In this document: one piece after another, positions 11,307 to 23,545 of the stretch | Numbering within the stretch: the stretch's first letter is position 1 | How the letters are laid out: each line of letters begins with the position of its first letter | Source of the DNA: Macrostomum lignano | Lineage: Eukaryota | Direction of reading: 5' to 3' | Length of the DNA: 64,000 nucleotides | NCBI GenBank assembly: GCA_002269645.1 | Contig: NIVC01003208.1 | Span: 47,215-111,214 of the forward strand | Translations under genes and position numbers: made by a program | The notes under the pieces: generated by a model | Told to the model about the DNA's origin: nothing | Database searches by the model: none | Seen by the model: the letters and a program-made list of their open reading frames with translations, nothing else

Positions 11307-13964
11307 ACAACGTGACTTATATCTCAGTGCATGTTTGTTTATTCACCGAAATATTGTAATCTTGATTAAAAATAAACAAAGTTGTTATTAGGCCGTTTCC
11401 CGCGTCCCTAGTATTAAGTAGTCCGGCCCTGACCGCAAAGCGTCGGATACGCGTCGGACCCCATACGGATAAATACGGCAAGCTGAAGGAGCGCCTGCTC
11501 GGCACTTTTAGCCTCGCCCGGCAGCAGGGAGCCAGCCGCTTGCTCCGCGGGTCCGGCTTGAGGATCGCCAGACGTCCGATCGAGTGGTGGCCCTGCTAGG
11601 CGAACACCGGCATTGCCTGCTATTCGAGTGGACATCCGGATGGCGCTCGCTTCCGCCGACTTCGAGGACCCCCCGGGCATTTGATGCAAATAATTGAGCT
11701 CAGTGCATGATTTTGTCTACACAGTTATATGCATGTGGATGTGCTAGCGTATCTTCCCTCAAATCATAGTAAGTTTTGTTCAACGTTTGAATCAGCTACT
11801 AGTTGTTTGGCTAGGTCAAATAAAAAATTCAAATCCAAATAAGGACATCGACATGGATTGGCCAAGGGCAGGAAAATTGTACTTTCTATTGGTTTCGATC
11901 AGAGGCAGATCATCTGTCATGCCAAATTTGCTAGCTGAAATATGTGAATTTGATGTAACCGCCCTTGAGATGACCGTCCGCTCCGCGGGGAGGCGAACGT
12001 ATGACCCTAAGGGGCAATGACCGTAGGCCGCATATGACCGGGCAATGACCTGACGGACCTCTAGCACCAAACTTTCCCGTCCACATGATTGGTAGCTTTG
12101 TAGCGCTTTCGTGACCAGAGGGCCAAGGACCAACATGGACCCCACCTGTAGGTGCAATAATTGGTCACTCGGTCATTGTGACCGAGCGGCTGCCACCACT
12201 CTATTTGTCCTGGCGCATCTAGAGCCCCGTCTGGATTGGTTACCAGGGGATTTAGGCTAACAGGGGAGACGCACAGGGACTCTGCTTGGGGCATATTCGG
12301 GAACTCTGGGCTTAATCTGGAGGATTTCTCAGCAGGGGATCCTTTGTGGTTGTGAACGGTTTCAATTACTAAGAGTAGTGTGAGACGAACATGTACTAGC
12401 TATAGTTTAGATTGCTCAGGGCGAAGGGACGCGTAAGCATGGGGTTGCAACGTTCCTACTGCCATTCTGTGCCATGACCCGCTAATTCCCTCTACTGCAC
12501 GCACACACAGGCGGGCTTTGCGCGGGGAGAGGCCATTAGCTTACCCAAACTTCATTATGCTTTGCCGGAGAAAAGGCTCAACAAGCCATGAGGGAAATGA
12601 TGGTGAAGATGTGAAAAATGAGGAGTTTAGTATTAAAGGTTAGTAACTAGGCCCTTAGGCAAAATACAATAAACAGGCAATTAGGCGGCTTCACTATTGA
12701 GTAAAAATACAGCAAAGATACGGTAACACAATTGGCTCAGCTCTCTAATCAAGCAATGGGAAATAAGCAAACCCCGGATAAGCAAAGACAATTAAAGCAC
12801 AAATTACTTTAATAAATAAGTAACTTTAATTAGTGAGTACAGGAACTCACCGGCAGCTGCACAGTTGATGCTGGAGCGACGAGGCGCTGATGTAGCTCAG
12901 TTGATGCTGAGGATGCTGGGCGGTATCAGACCGCGGGCCGGCAGATGAGCTCGCCTGGGGAGCTTGGGAACTTGGCGGTATCGGACCGCTGGCCGGCAGA
13001 TGAGCTCGCCTGGGGAGCTAGGGAACTTGGCGGTATCGGATCGCGGGCCGGCAGAGATTCGTCCTTGACGAATGGGGGGTCAGATCAACGTCTGACGGCA
13101 AGTCCAAAGATAGGACGATGAGAAAACCTTCTGATGATTCTCACGCCGAAAATCACTTCCTTAAATAGTCATCACAACCGCCACTCCAAGGTCGTTTCCA
13201 TGATTCCCTCTCTCTGATTGGCTGCCGGGAAAATGACGTCAGAATGAGCCATGATGAGAAGCATGAGAACGGCATAGCAACATGAGAAATGGGAAAATTG
13301 CGCAATCCGGAGGAGGGGTGGGGGATAATGAGCACAGCGGGGGTCGAAGAAGTGTTGCGCAAGCAAACATTGAAAACAATGGGATTCAGACCGAGAACAA
13401 AGGAAATGGAAATCGGGGATAATTGGGGAGAACCGAGAACAATAGAAAAGTGGGTGTCACATGAGAAATCTTGAGAAGAGAACAATAGCATGAGAAAAGG
13501 ATGCATGAGTCATCGGGGTGAAGGAGGGGTCAGAGGCCTTGCGTCACCGCTTGGGATTCTAAAAGGAGATGGGGCGACGGTGAGCACAAGCATTACTGTA
13601 AGTAAGCACGGGATGAGAAGGGGACAGCGCAAGAAAAACGGGCTAAAACATGGTGAGAAAGATGAGGAATGCGAGTAGTAATGATACATGCGTGGGGCGC
13701 GTGAAAAATGGGGAAGGCAGACGAGGTGCACGAGAAAAGGGGGCTCCGGAAAGGCGCGTGTGGCTGAGTGGGAGACGGAACCGAGACAGCAGGGGGACGC
13801 AACGGGAGTCAGTTGGTCTGGTTAGGGACCTGGCCCAGTCTCTACAGCTCCGCCCGGTGGGTCAAAGGAGATCTGGGAGATTTCGAAAAATTTCCCTCAC
13901 CAGATCCCGCGACCAGAGCGTGGTTACATCAAATTGTTATACTGTACAGCTTCATTGATAAGCT

Positions 13965-14240
13965 GAATGCTATCTGGGGGATGCTTGCGGTCTGGGGGAT
14001 GCTTGCTATCTGGGGGATGCTTGCTATCTGGGTTATGCTTGCTATCTGGGGTTGCTTGCTATCTGGGGGATGCTTGCTATCTGGGGGATGCTTGCGGTCT
14101 GGGGGATGCTTGCGGTCTGGGGGATGCTTGCGGTCTGGGGGATGCTTGCGGTCTGGGGGATGCTTGCTATCTGGGGAATGCTTGCGGTCTGGGGATGCTT
14201 GCATGCTGTCTGGGGATGCTTGCATGCTGTCTGGGGATGC
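13965..14240. repeat. 18-bp minisatellite (CTGGGGGATGCTTGCTAT)
   Basis: Tandem copies; source of the spurious ORFs at 13768-14386. Confidence 0.9.
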
Positions 14241-14588
14241 TTGCTCTCTTGGGATGTTTTCTTTTTAGAGGGAATGTCTGTTGTTTTTTGAAGGCTTTAT
14301 TTCGCTGTCTATTTGTTACTTGTAAAGAACAAAGATTCTATCCAGATGTCCCCCATCGGGGGGGGGGGGCGAAGATTGCTAGTTGATAAGCTGAATTTCT
14401 CAATTTTATTGTCACAGAGTTTTATTCCTGGGTTTGGCAACAGCAAATAAGGCAGACTGGCAGCGCAAGAGGCCTGCAGAGTTCATTGAGACTTATCGTT
14501 TCTCAGAAAACATTTTTGCAACTTCATACGAGTACCCACGGTCAAATGTGACCCTGCTGAGAGCAAAAGCGGAAATTATTGAGTTTCT

Positions 14589-17377
14589 TTAAATAGTGAT
14601 CCAGCGAAAGATGATGAACCCCGAAGGCTCGACATTCGCCCCGATGGCCTGATAATTTTGGCGGCGTCTTCGAGCCTGCAGCCACAGGGCGATGAAGCCA
14701 GCAGACAGCGGAACCAGCAACAGCAGCCACAGCAGCTGCAGCTTGCTGGGCGGTCGTTGGCCCGACGGTATCGGAAAGAACTCGTCGGTGCCACCGCTCG
14801 GCATGGCGCAAACAAAGTTGCGCGACATCGAGTTGCCCTGCGTCATTGTTATGAAGTATTTTGCAGTCAGCCAGAGGTAGGCAGTGCGCTCGTCGCGGCC
14901 GCAACCTCTGCTCGACCAGTGGCTTGGCGGCGGATTGCTTATCATGGTGTCGCATTGGATCCAGTCGGCTGATTCTCTGCCAAGCCAAGCGGTTTGTAGG
15001 AACCCCGTTTTCTGCTGTGCTTTGACACGGCTTTGCCAAAGAATGCCAAAAAGAGAAGGGAGACAGGAGAGAGAAGGGAGACAGGAGAGAGAATGGAGAC
15101 AGGAGAGAGAAGGGAGACTTAAGAGAGAGAAGGGAGACAGGAGAGAGAAGGGAGACAGGAGAGAGAAGGGAGACAGGAGAGAGAAGGGATATAGGAGAAA
15201 GAAGGGAGACAGGAGAGAGAAGGGATACAGGAGAGAGAATGGAGACAGGAGAGAGAAGGGAGACAGGAGAGAGAAGGGAGACAGGAGAGAGAAGGGAGAC
15301 AGGAGAGAGAAGGGAGACAGGAGAGAGAAGGGCAGGAGAGAGAAGGGAGACAGGAGAGAGAAGGGAGACTTAAGAGAGAGAAGGGAGACAGGAGAGAGAA
15401 GGGAGACAGGAGAGAGAAGGGAGACAGGAGAGAGAAGGGAGACAGGAGAGAGAAGGGAGACAGGAGAGAGAAGGGAGACAGGAGAGAGAAGGGATATAGG
15501 AGAAAGAAGGGAGACAGGAGAGAGAAGGGATACAGGAGAGAGAATGGAGACAGGAGAGAGAAGGGAGACAGGAGAGAGAAGGGAGACAGGAGAGAGAAGG
15601 GAGACAGGAGAGAGAAGGGAGACAGGAGAGAGAAGGGAGACAGGAGAGAGAAGGGAGACAGGAGAGAGAATGGAGACAGGAGAGAGAAGGGAGACTTAAG
15701 AGAGAGAAGGGAGACAGGAGAGAGAAGGGAGACTTAAGAGAGAGAAGGGCAGGAGAGAGAAGGGAGACAGGAGAGAGAAGGGAGACAGGAGAGAGAAGGG
15801 AGACAGGAGAGAGAAGGGAGACTGGAGAGAGAAGGGATGCAGGAGAGAGAAGGGAGACAGGAGAGAGAAAAGGGAGACAGGAGAGAGAAAAGGGAGACAG
15901 GAGAGAGAAAAGGGAGACAGGAGAGCGAAGGGAGACAGGAGAGAGAAGGGAGACAGGAGAGAGAAGGGAGACAGGAGAGAGAAGGGAGACAGGAGAGAGA
16001 ATGGAGACAGGAGAGAGAAGGGAGACTTAAGAGAGAGAAGGGAGACAGGAGAGAGAAGAGGGACAGGAGAGAGAAGGGCAGGAGAGAGAAGGGAGACAGG
16101 AGAGAGAAGGGAGACAGGAGAGAGAATGGAGACAGGAGAGAGAAGGGAGACAGGAGAGAGAAGGGAGACAGGAGAGAGAAGGGAGACAGGAGAGAGAAGG
16201 GAGACAGGAGAGAGAAGGGAGACAGGAGAGAGAAGGGAGACTTAAGAGAGAGAAGGGAGACAGGAGAGAGAAGAGGGACAGGAGAGAGAAGGGCAGGAGA
16301 GAGAAGGGAGACAGGAGAGAGAAGGGAGACAGGAGAGAGAAGGGAGACAGGAGAGAGAAGGGAGACAGGAGAGAGAAGGGAGACAGGAGAGAGAAGGGAG
16401 ACAGGAGAGAGAAGGGAGACAGGAGAGAGAAGGGAGACAGGAGAGAGAAGGGAGACTTAAGAGAGAGAAGGGAGACAGGAGAAGAGGGACAGGAGAAAAC
16501 CGGAAAAACAATCGTGACTTTTTCATAAAAATGAAACTCGTGACTCTCAAATAAGAGCTTTGAGAATCTTCAGCTCACTTTCTAAGGATGCATAGCGAAA
16601 TTCCAATCACAATATACTAAATCTCTAATTGCTGCAGCAAATAGAAAGCAGAGAAGCTCACATGTCTAGCGGAGTGCCGTCAAGCCAGTAAAGCTTTCCG
16701 GGCCCAGCCGTAGTGTTGTCCGTCAGTCCGATCCACACAGGATGGGGGAACCTGAACCGCTCAGCCAGCTCCTTGACGCTGCGAATTCCAGCGCGTTGCA
16801 GCAGCGGCAGAGTGAGCAAGTTCGACCTCATGTTGTTGCATTTGGCCTGACATTGGCTGAAGTAGCCCCGCCCTGCAACCCCCTGCCCCGAGCCCGACGA
16901 GATGCAGACGTCGCCGAGACTCGTCCATCCAGGGGGGCAGCCGGTGAATCGGGTGAACTTAAGGCAGTAGCCATGCAAGTTCAGGTACGTCAGAGATCGG
17001 GTGAGGAAGTGCGCAGTCAGGGAGCTGGTTCGCGTGATCATGATGTAATGATTGAAGTCGACTTCATTCTGCATTAGTGTGCGGTTTCCGTCCCGGATCA
17101 CAAAGTTGTGCTCGTTTGAGTCGGCGTAGTTATACAGCATTTCGATCATGTACAGCGAGCCGGAGGTGCGGTTAGGATCGCTGATCACGAAATTGCAGTC
17201 CATATTGGGAGACACGTAGCGCCTGTGTCCATATGTGAAGTACAGTGTGAAGTCGGAGTCGGTGATTTCGACTGGCTCTGCCGACTTGCTGCAGTAGAAG
17301 GTCTTCTGAGACAGCACTGGACTGCTCACAAACAGTAGTGAGAGAAGCAGGTGGGACCAAACACGGGCTGAATTCAT
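14589..17377 (-). CDS. type I membrane protein with signal peptide, CUB-like domain, C-type-lectin-like domain and TM (367 aa)
   Basis: Exon 1 17377..16662 (MNSARVWSHLLLSLLF.., Y..NMDCNFVI, CPPGW..CQAKC..VWIGLTD..LYWLDG) ends AT|GTGAGC. Exon 2 14976..14589 follows CAG in frame (LDI-ESADWIQC..W...C...RNFVC) and has the TM LLWLLLLVPLSAGFIALWL plus a basic stop-transfer ARRRR. Total 1104 nt. Confidence 0.8.
15053..16495. repeat. 18-bp purine minisatellite (GGGAGACAGGAGAGAGAA) filling the CUB-CTL intron
   Basis: About 80 tandem copies visible. Confidence 0.95.
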
Positions 17378-18774
17378 CTTTCTATTGGAAACTTTCCGCT
17401 TCTGATGCTGAGGTAGAATCGCTGAGGGGCTGCAAGGAACAACTGTAAGGTTTAGCGCCAAAATAGCACTTATACCCTGCACAGTTCAGTGCAGAGAGGC
17501 ACTAATTACTCAGCAAAGGGTTCAGAGATCCACCAGAATAGGCTGCACAAACCCAAGGAGCGGTAAGCGAGGCGAGGCCACACTAAAGCATAAGCAGATG
17601 TACAGATAAGGTAAGTAAGATAGTAGAAGCCCACAAATAAGTGAGACAATAGAGGCCCACAGTGAGAGCAGCAGCGCACAAGACTACAACAGCCTCCATC
17701 CATTCCAGACAGAAGACAAAGGCGAGGCGGCGAGGGCAGGCAGCCGGACAGGATTAATGAGCACCGGCAAGGGGTTGGGCCGGAGTAGCGGGCGCACCCA
17801 AGGCCGGCGGCCAACCCGAGGAGGGTAGCAACCGAGAGGGTCAATCCCTCCTTAGTGCATACTATGCATGTTAAGTCATGGAAAAAATATTATCATTGAA
17901 TGCAGATTCTTTCAGTGTTTTTGCATTTATTTCACAGTTTTTTGTACAAATGTGTTTCCATCTTGCTTAGTACCATGTCGGGAGACTACTAAGTATATTT
18001 TATTTTAAAAATCTATTAATTAGGCTTTAATTAACATAACTTAAAGAACAATATTGAACACCCAGACTCAGAATTATTTTTTTGGAATCTACTTTTGTCG
18101 TCCTATTTATCGCCTTTTGACTCTATTTATCTGATCTTGGGCACAGAACCAGGGGCATCTATACGAGCGTACCTGTACGTCCGCGATAGGTTCCAGATCC
18201 GTTCCACAGTAACAATAAATATAAGTGCTATATCAATATTAATAGTCATATTTTGAGTCCTAAATGTCGATTTCAGAAACTTGCCAGACTAAAACTTTGT
18301 GTGTTCTTCGCATGAAACTAATTTCTAAGACTTCTGCATCGTGTAAACCATGCATTACAAATCTGACATGAATGAGGACTAAATTATTTGCCTCCTGTGA
18401 AAAAAACTACTCTTCCACGGTTTTTTGGAGCTGAGGCAGGCTACATAAACTTAGTATTCAGCTTCAAATAAAATTTGCACATTTTATCCGTGTCCTTCCA
18501 CTTAAAGTAGTCTGTGGTGGATCCGCGAGCCGACCTGCAAAAAAAGCAAAAAGGATTAAAGACTGACCTCCCCTAATCGCTCCAAATCAATCAGGGCACA
18601 ACTACTAAGCCTAACCGACTTACCCTCGCCACCGCAGCAACACGCTGGTTTGGTGTTTAAAACTCCGGAAATCTGTTGCATCCACTGCTTATGAACACCC
18701 GCAGTCGCTAACCACGCGAAAACTCAGCCCACCGGCGACAGGTACGAGGTTTTGGGAAACTATAAGACAAGGCA

Positions 18775-19020
18775 AGACGTCACTAAGACTCGTCCACTCA
18801 GGTGGGCAGCCGGTAAATCGGATGAACTGGAGACTGTAGCCAACTACGGTCAGGTCCGTCAGAGACCGGCGAGGAAGTGTGCGGTCAGGGAGCTTGTTCG
18901 TGTGATGCATTTATGGAAGCTGATGTCATTCTGGATCAGTACGCGGTCTCCGTCCCGAATCACAAATTCCCCACTCGTCTACGCTGTAGTTACTCGTAGC
19001 GAGCCAGCATGTTGATCATG
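18775..19020 (-). pseudogene. decayed partial duplicate of CUB-CTL exon 1
   Basis: SLTDLTVVGYSLQFIRFTGCPPEWTSLSDV aligns with SLTYLNLHGYCLKFTRFTGCPPGWTSLGDV (16900-17150). Frameshifted, with no start or downstream exon seen. Confidence 0.75.
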
Positions 19021-19144
19021 ATCTCTGATGCTGTGGTAGAATTTGCTGTAGTGCTGCAGGGAATTTTATAATAACAGTAATACTGTCATTACTTATGGGG
19101 GAAAAATAGTTCTTATACCCATAGATCACTCATTAGACACTCAG

Positions 19145-19860
19145 AGACACTCATTACTCAGGGCAGAGAGACACTCATTACTCAGGGCAGAGAGACACTC
19201 ATTACTCAGGGCAGAGAGACACTCATTACTCAGGGCAGAGAGACACTCATTACTCAGGACAGAGAGACACTCATTACTCAGGACAGAGAGACACTCATTA
19301 CTCAGGGCAGAGAGACACTCATTACTCAGGGCAGAGAGACACTCATTACTCAGGGCAGAGAGACACTCATTACTCAGGGCAGAGAGACACTCATTACTCA
19401 GGGCAGAGAGACACTCATTACTCAGGGCAGAGAGACACTCATTACTCAGGGCAGAGAGACACTCATTACTCAGGGCAGAGAGACACTCATTACTCAGGGC
19501 AGAGAGACACTCATTACTCAGGGCAGAGAGACACTCATTACTCAGGGCAGAGAGACACTCATTACTCAGGGCAGAGAGACACTCATTACTCAGGGCAGAG
19601 AGACACTCATTACTCAGGGCAGAGAGACACTCATTACTCAGGGCAGAGAGACACTCATTACTCAGGGCAGAGAGACACTCATTACTCAGGGCAGAGAGAC
19701 ACTCATTACTCAGGGCAGAGAGACACTCATTACTCAGGGCAGAGAGACACTCATTACTCAGGGCAGAGAGACACTCATTACTCAGGGCAGAGAGACACTC
19801 ATTACTCAGGGCGGAGAGACACTCATTACTCAGGGCAGAGAGACACTCATTACTTAGTGC
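19145..19860. repeat. 24-bp minisatellite (CACTCATTACTCAGGGCAGAGAGA)
   Basis: About 30 near-identical copies. Confidence 0.95.
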
Positions 19861-20269
19861 GGAGAGGCACTCACTGCGCCCATTTACTTGCGAAGTATCT
19901 TAATGATAAGACAGATATCTTAATCATACAATAAAAATGCGATACAATTTGACTATACAAACCAGACGTTTAAAATATCAGGGTTTAATTGCTGTGCATC
20001 GAGTTTTAAACAGAGCAGCAGGGTGCGAGAGAGAGATGGGCAAAAGCAGTTTCGGAAGAGACTGACCGATGTTCACCGATGCACATTTCCAGTGCCCAGC
20101 CGCCATCAGTCACTGAAGCTAAATATAGGGGCTTGAAGCATTACATTGCATTGCATTCCTCGTAGTACGATTTTGGCATTATTATTTGATTGGTGTCAAG
20201 TACTCATTCTTATCCACTAATAGCTTTGTTGCCTTATCCATCTCTGTGCACCGATTCCTGGATCCTACG

Positions 20270-20520
20270 CTTTCCCGAGTTCCCCAAATGACACGATTCC
20301 CCGAGTTCCCCAAATGACACGATTTCCCTAGTTCCCCAAATGACACGATTTCCCGAGTTCCCCAAATGACACGATTTCCCGAGTTCCCCAAATGACACGA
20401 TTTCCCGAGTTCCCCAAATGACACTGATTCCCCGAGTTCCCCAAATGACACGATTCCTCGAGCTCCCCAAATCCTATGATTTCCCGAGTTCCCCAAATGT
20501 CATGATTCCCCGAGATACCA
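20270..20520. repeat. 26-27-bp minisatellite (TTCCCGAGTTCCCCAAATGACACGAT)
   Basis: Tandem copies visible. Confidence 0.9.
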
Positions 20521-20639
20521 AATCCCAAGATTCATCGACACTGAAATCTCATGATTGCCAAAGTTCTGCAACAAATAAAAAAAAACTGATTGCCCTGCCT
20601 AATAGGCAGATGTGCAACCGACAGCTCAGCCGCAGCTAT

Positions 20640-20860
20640 TGCGCGGCGCATCTGAAGGCTGCGTACGGCTGTTCTGTCCAAGGACTGGGGGGTCGCCACC
20701 CACCCTCAATTACCTCAGCTAATGCTGGCACCCATTTTACAGCTGGGTGAACTGAAGCAATGCAGAGTGAAGTGTCTTGCTCAACGACACAAATTTGTTC
20801 CGAGTGGGTCGAGAATCGAACCTCCGACCTTCCAGTCGTGACTCCGACGTTCCAACTAAA
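20640..20860 (+). mobile_element. possible CORE/MIR-like SINE or L2-type 3' fragment
   Basis: CCCATTTTACAGCTGGGTGAACTG..GTGAAGTGTCTTGCTCAACGACAC..GAATCGAACCTCCGACC resembles the widespread CORE-SINE/L2 tail consensus. Judged from memory, no search run. Confidence 0.45.
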
Positions 20861-21067
20861 ATCTTTAACCCTAAAATCCTGAGTTCCTCAAATCCAAAGA
20901 TTCACCGAGTTCCTTAAATCCCACAATGCCCCGAGTTCCCAAATCTTCCGATTCTTCAATTTTGCCACAATCTCCCATTTCTCAGAATAATCTTATTTCC
21001 CCGACCATCCAAAATCTCAAGATTTTCTGACTTCGAAGATCCTACAATACCTACAATTAGTCTCCCG

Positions 21068-21366
<299 letters not shown>

Positions 21367-21746
21367 CAATTCCAGTTATAATTGAGATGGCTTTCTCTAC
21401 CCATTATAGATGCCTCTGCACCTAGTACATATCTACATTCATTTTTTATATCAATAGATACCAATATCACTTTGTCTTACGACATTCTTACAGGTGAAAC
21501 TAGAGAAAGAGCCTCTAACATATTGTAGTGAAGGTAAATTATCAATATGTAAGTCATTAAGCATACATGTATAAAGCACAATGGATCAAAGCATGCAGTC
21601 ACGCAAATAGTACTCAAGTGAGCTTAGGTAAATTATCCTCAGTGCGTTTAGATTTAGAATACAGTCTCGCTGCGGCCTGTTTACAGTGCACTGTACTGAG
21701 CTGTCAAACAATCTTATGTAGCAATGAATTGCAGTCCGTGGCGGGC

Positions 21747-22232
21747 TCATAGCTCCTCGCCGAGGTCGCAGATGCTCTCTGCAATCAGCCGGTAGGACAC
21801 CCGGCCGTCACCATCGGCGGGAAATGTGTTCAACAAGGCGTCGAGCTCCTCGTCCGTCAGCGGCTCGCCTTTGGTGGTGAGCAGGTGGCGCAAATCCTGC
21901 ATGTTGATGTAGCCATCGCCGTTGTGGTCCAGCACCTTGATGGCGTCCGCGAGCTCCCCCACGGAGCCCTGCTCCTTGGGGTAGCGCAGCATCACCTGGT
22001 AGAACTCGTCAAAGTCCATCGTGCCGTTGCCGTCCGTGTCCACCTCGGCGATGAGCTTCTGCAGCTCGGACTCGGTGGGCAGGCGGCCCAGCGCGCGCAT
22101 CACGGCGCCCAGCGTGTCGTTGTCGATGTTGCCGTCGCCGTACTTGTCGAACAGGGAGAACACGTCATTCCACCGCGTCAGCTCCTCCTCGCTCACCTCG
22201 GGCTCGTCGGCCGGGTTCGTGGCAGCTGCCAT
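21747..22232 (-). CDS. calmodulin-like / myosin-light-chain-like EF-hand protein, single exon (161 aa)
   Basis: EF loops DKYGDGNID, DTDGNGTMDFDEF and DHNGDGYIN, plus a degenerate fourth loop (ADGDGRVSY). Calmodulin-like spacing (LGAVMRALG..PTESEL, GEPLTDEE). Confidence 0.9.
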   Translation of the reverse strand: MAAATNPADEPEVSEEELTRWNDVFSLFDKYGDGNIDNDTLGAVMRALGRLPTESELQKLIAEVDTDGNGTMDFDEFYQVMLRYPKEQGSVGELADAIKVLDHNGDGYINMQDLRHLLTTKGEPLTDEELDALLNTFPADGDGRVSYRLIAESICDLGEEL

Positions 22233-23545
22233 GTGGGTTGAGACTCGCTGGGGAGAGTCTGCTTTCAGGAGACCGGCTGGTGCTCAGGACTGAGCGGTGA
22301 GAGCTGGGGAGTTGGGGAGCTCAGAGATGAGGCGGCAAGGCTACGCGGTCAGAAAATGGGATTGCCAAGAATCCACAAAACACGCTGCGGAGAACAAAAT
22401 AAAGAAGAGCGGGGGCCGGGAATGAGGGACCGGGGTGTCTGGGGAGGAAAACAATGCGCTTGGACTGGCAACAAAATTTGAGCGCTAAACTGCTCTGCCC
22501 CGTCTCCCCCCCCTCCATCGCTTCTTGTTGCCCCTGACAACTTGAGTAGCCTCGCGCATCCAACCCCAGCCCTCACAGCAGCAAGCCGCAGCAGCAGCAG
22601 GCGTGGCCGCGACCCCGCCAATGCCGAAGCAACTCTCAGACTGAGGTGCGGCGCGCAGGGCTGCATCAAATTGGCCATTCAAAGACTCAAGATGAGGGGG
22701 GGGGCAGAGAGCAGAGAAAATAGCAAGTTGGCAACAATATGCTCACTGCGCTCTGTCGGACACAAAAAGGCTTGCTCAAAGAGAGAGAGAGACGCTGTTT
22801 GAAGATTCAGTTTAAAGTAGAGACCCGCACAATGCCGAGACAGCCGCGTCTCTTCCTGTCCTCTCCCAGCGCAGACCGGCCTCTGCCTTGAATAGGCCAG
22901 CAGATGCCGCTCCGGCGTGTCTCACAGCGGACAAAGCCAGTCCCATCAACCCCCACCCTTCCCTGGGCTCTCTTGCAAGCTTTTGCCTGCAACCCCGTGT
23001 AGCAGCCAGTGGCTACTGATAGTAGGCACTTCAGTCAGTACCACTCGAAATGAAAATTAAACAAGCAGAAACCATGAAAAGCTTTGCGATGCATAAATCA
23101 GGGGATGCCTCATTAACAGGGTCCTGAGGGCTTAATGAGTCATGTGTCGGCATTATTATTATTTGATATCAAAATTAAAAAGCCACGAGCGGTCGGTATT
23201 AACAGCAATAATATATGTACTAATTACAAACGCTAAAAAAGCACTGTTACATGTCGAAATTGATTGTACCTGTAAAAAGTTGAAAAATTGCATTGCTAGG
23301 AAATAAAACGAGTTAATGCAAATTGGGACTGGCAGCAGAGCAAGGTTAGCGAAAAATCTATCCGTCTAAAAATCAATTTACAAACAAATAAAACCGGGCC
23401 TGTGCAGCCTCAGCTGGCTCATATTAGAGAAATATTATAAACTGCAGGGCATGTGTACACGGGCCGAACTTCAGGGAACAGAATAAACTCTATTGACCAG
23501 CAGCAGAGATTAAACGAGGCCGAATCAATCAATCTCAGCCTGCCG

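Noticed and set aside
11787-13958. Short ORFs and a ~57-bp repeat (12930-13070) as a gene or LTR
   Set aside because: No recognisable domain, paired LTR, PBS or consistent splice chain could be established. It may be an unclassified repeat.
14884-16550. RE/RK-rich ORFs
   Set aside because: They are translations of the 18-bp purine repeat inside the CUB-CTL intron.
21885-22293. Plus-strand ORFs over the EF-hand gene, and similar antisense ORFs over other exons
   Set aside because: They are shadow frames of GC-rich coding sequence on the opposite strand.
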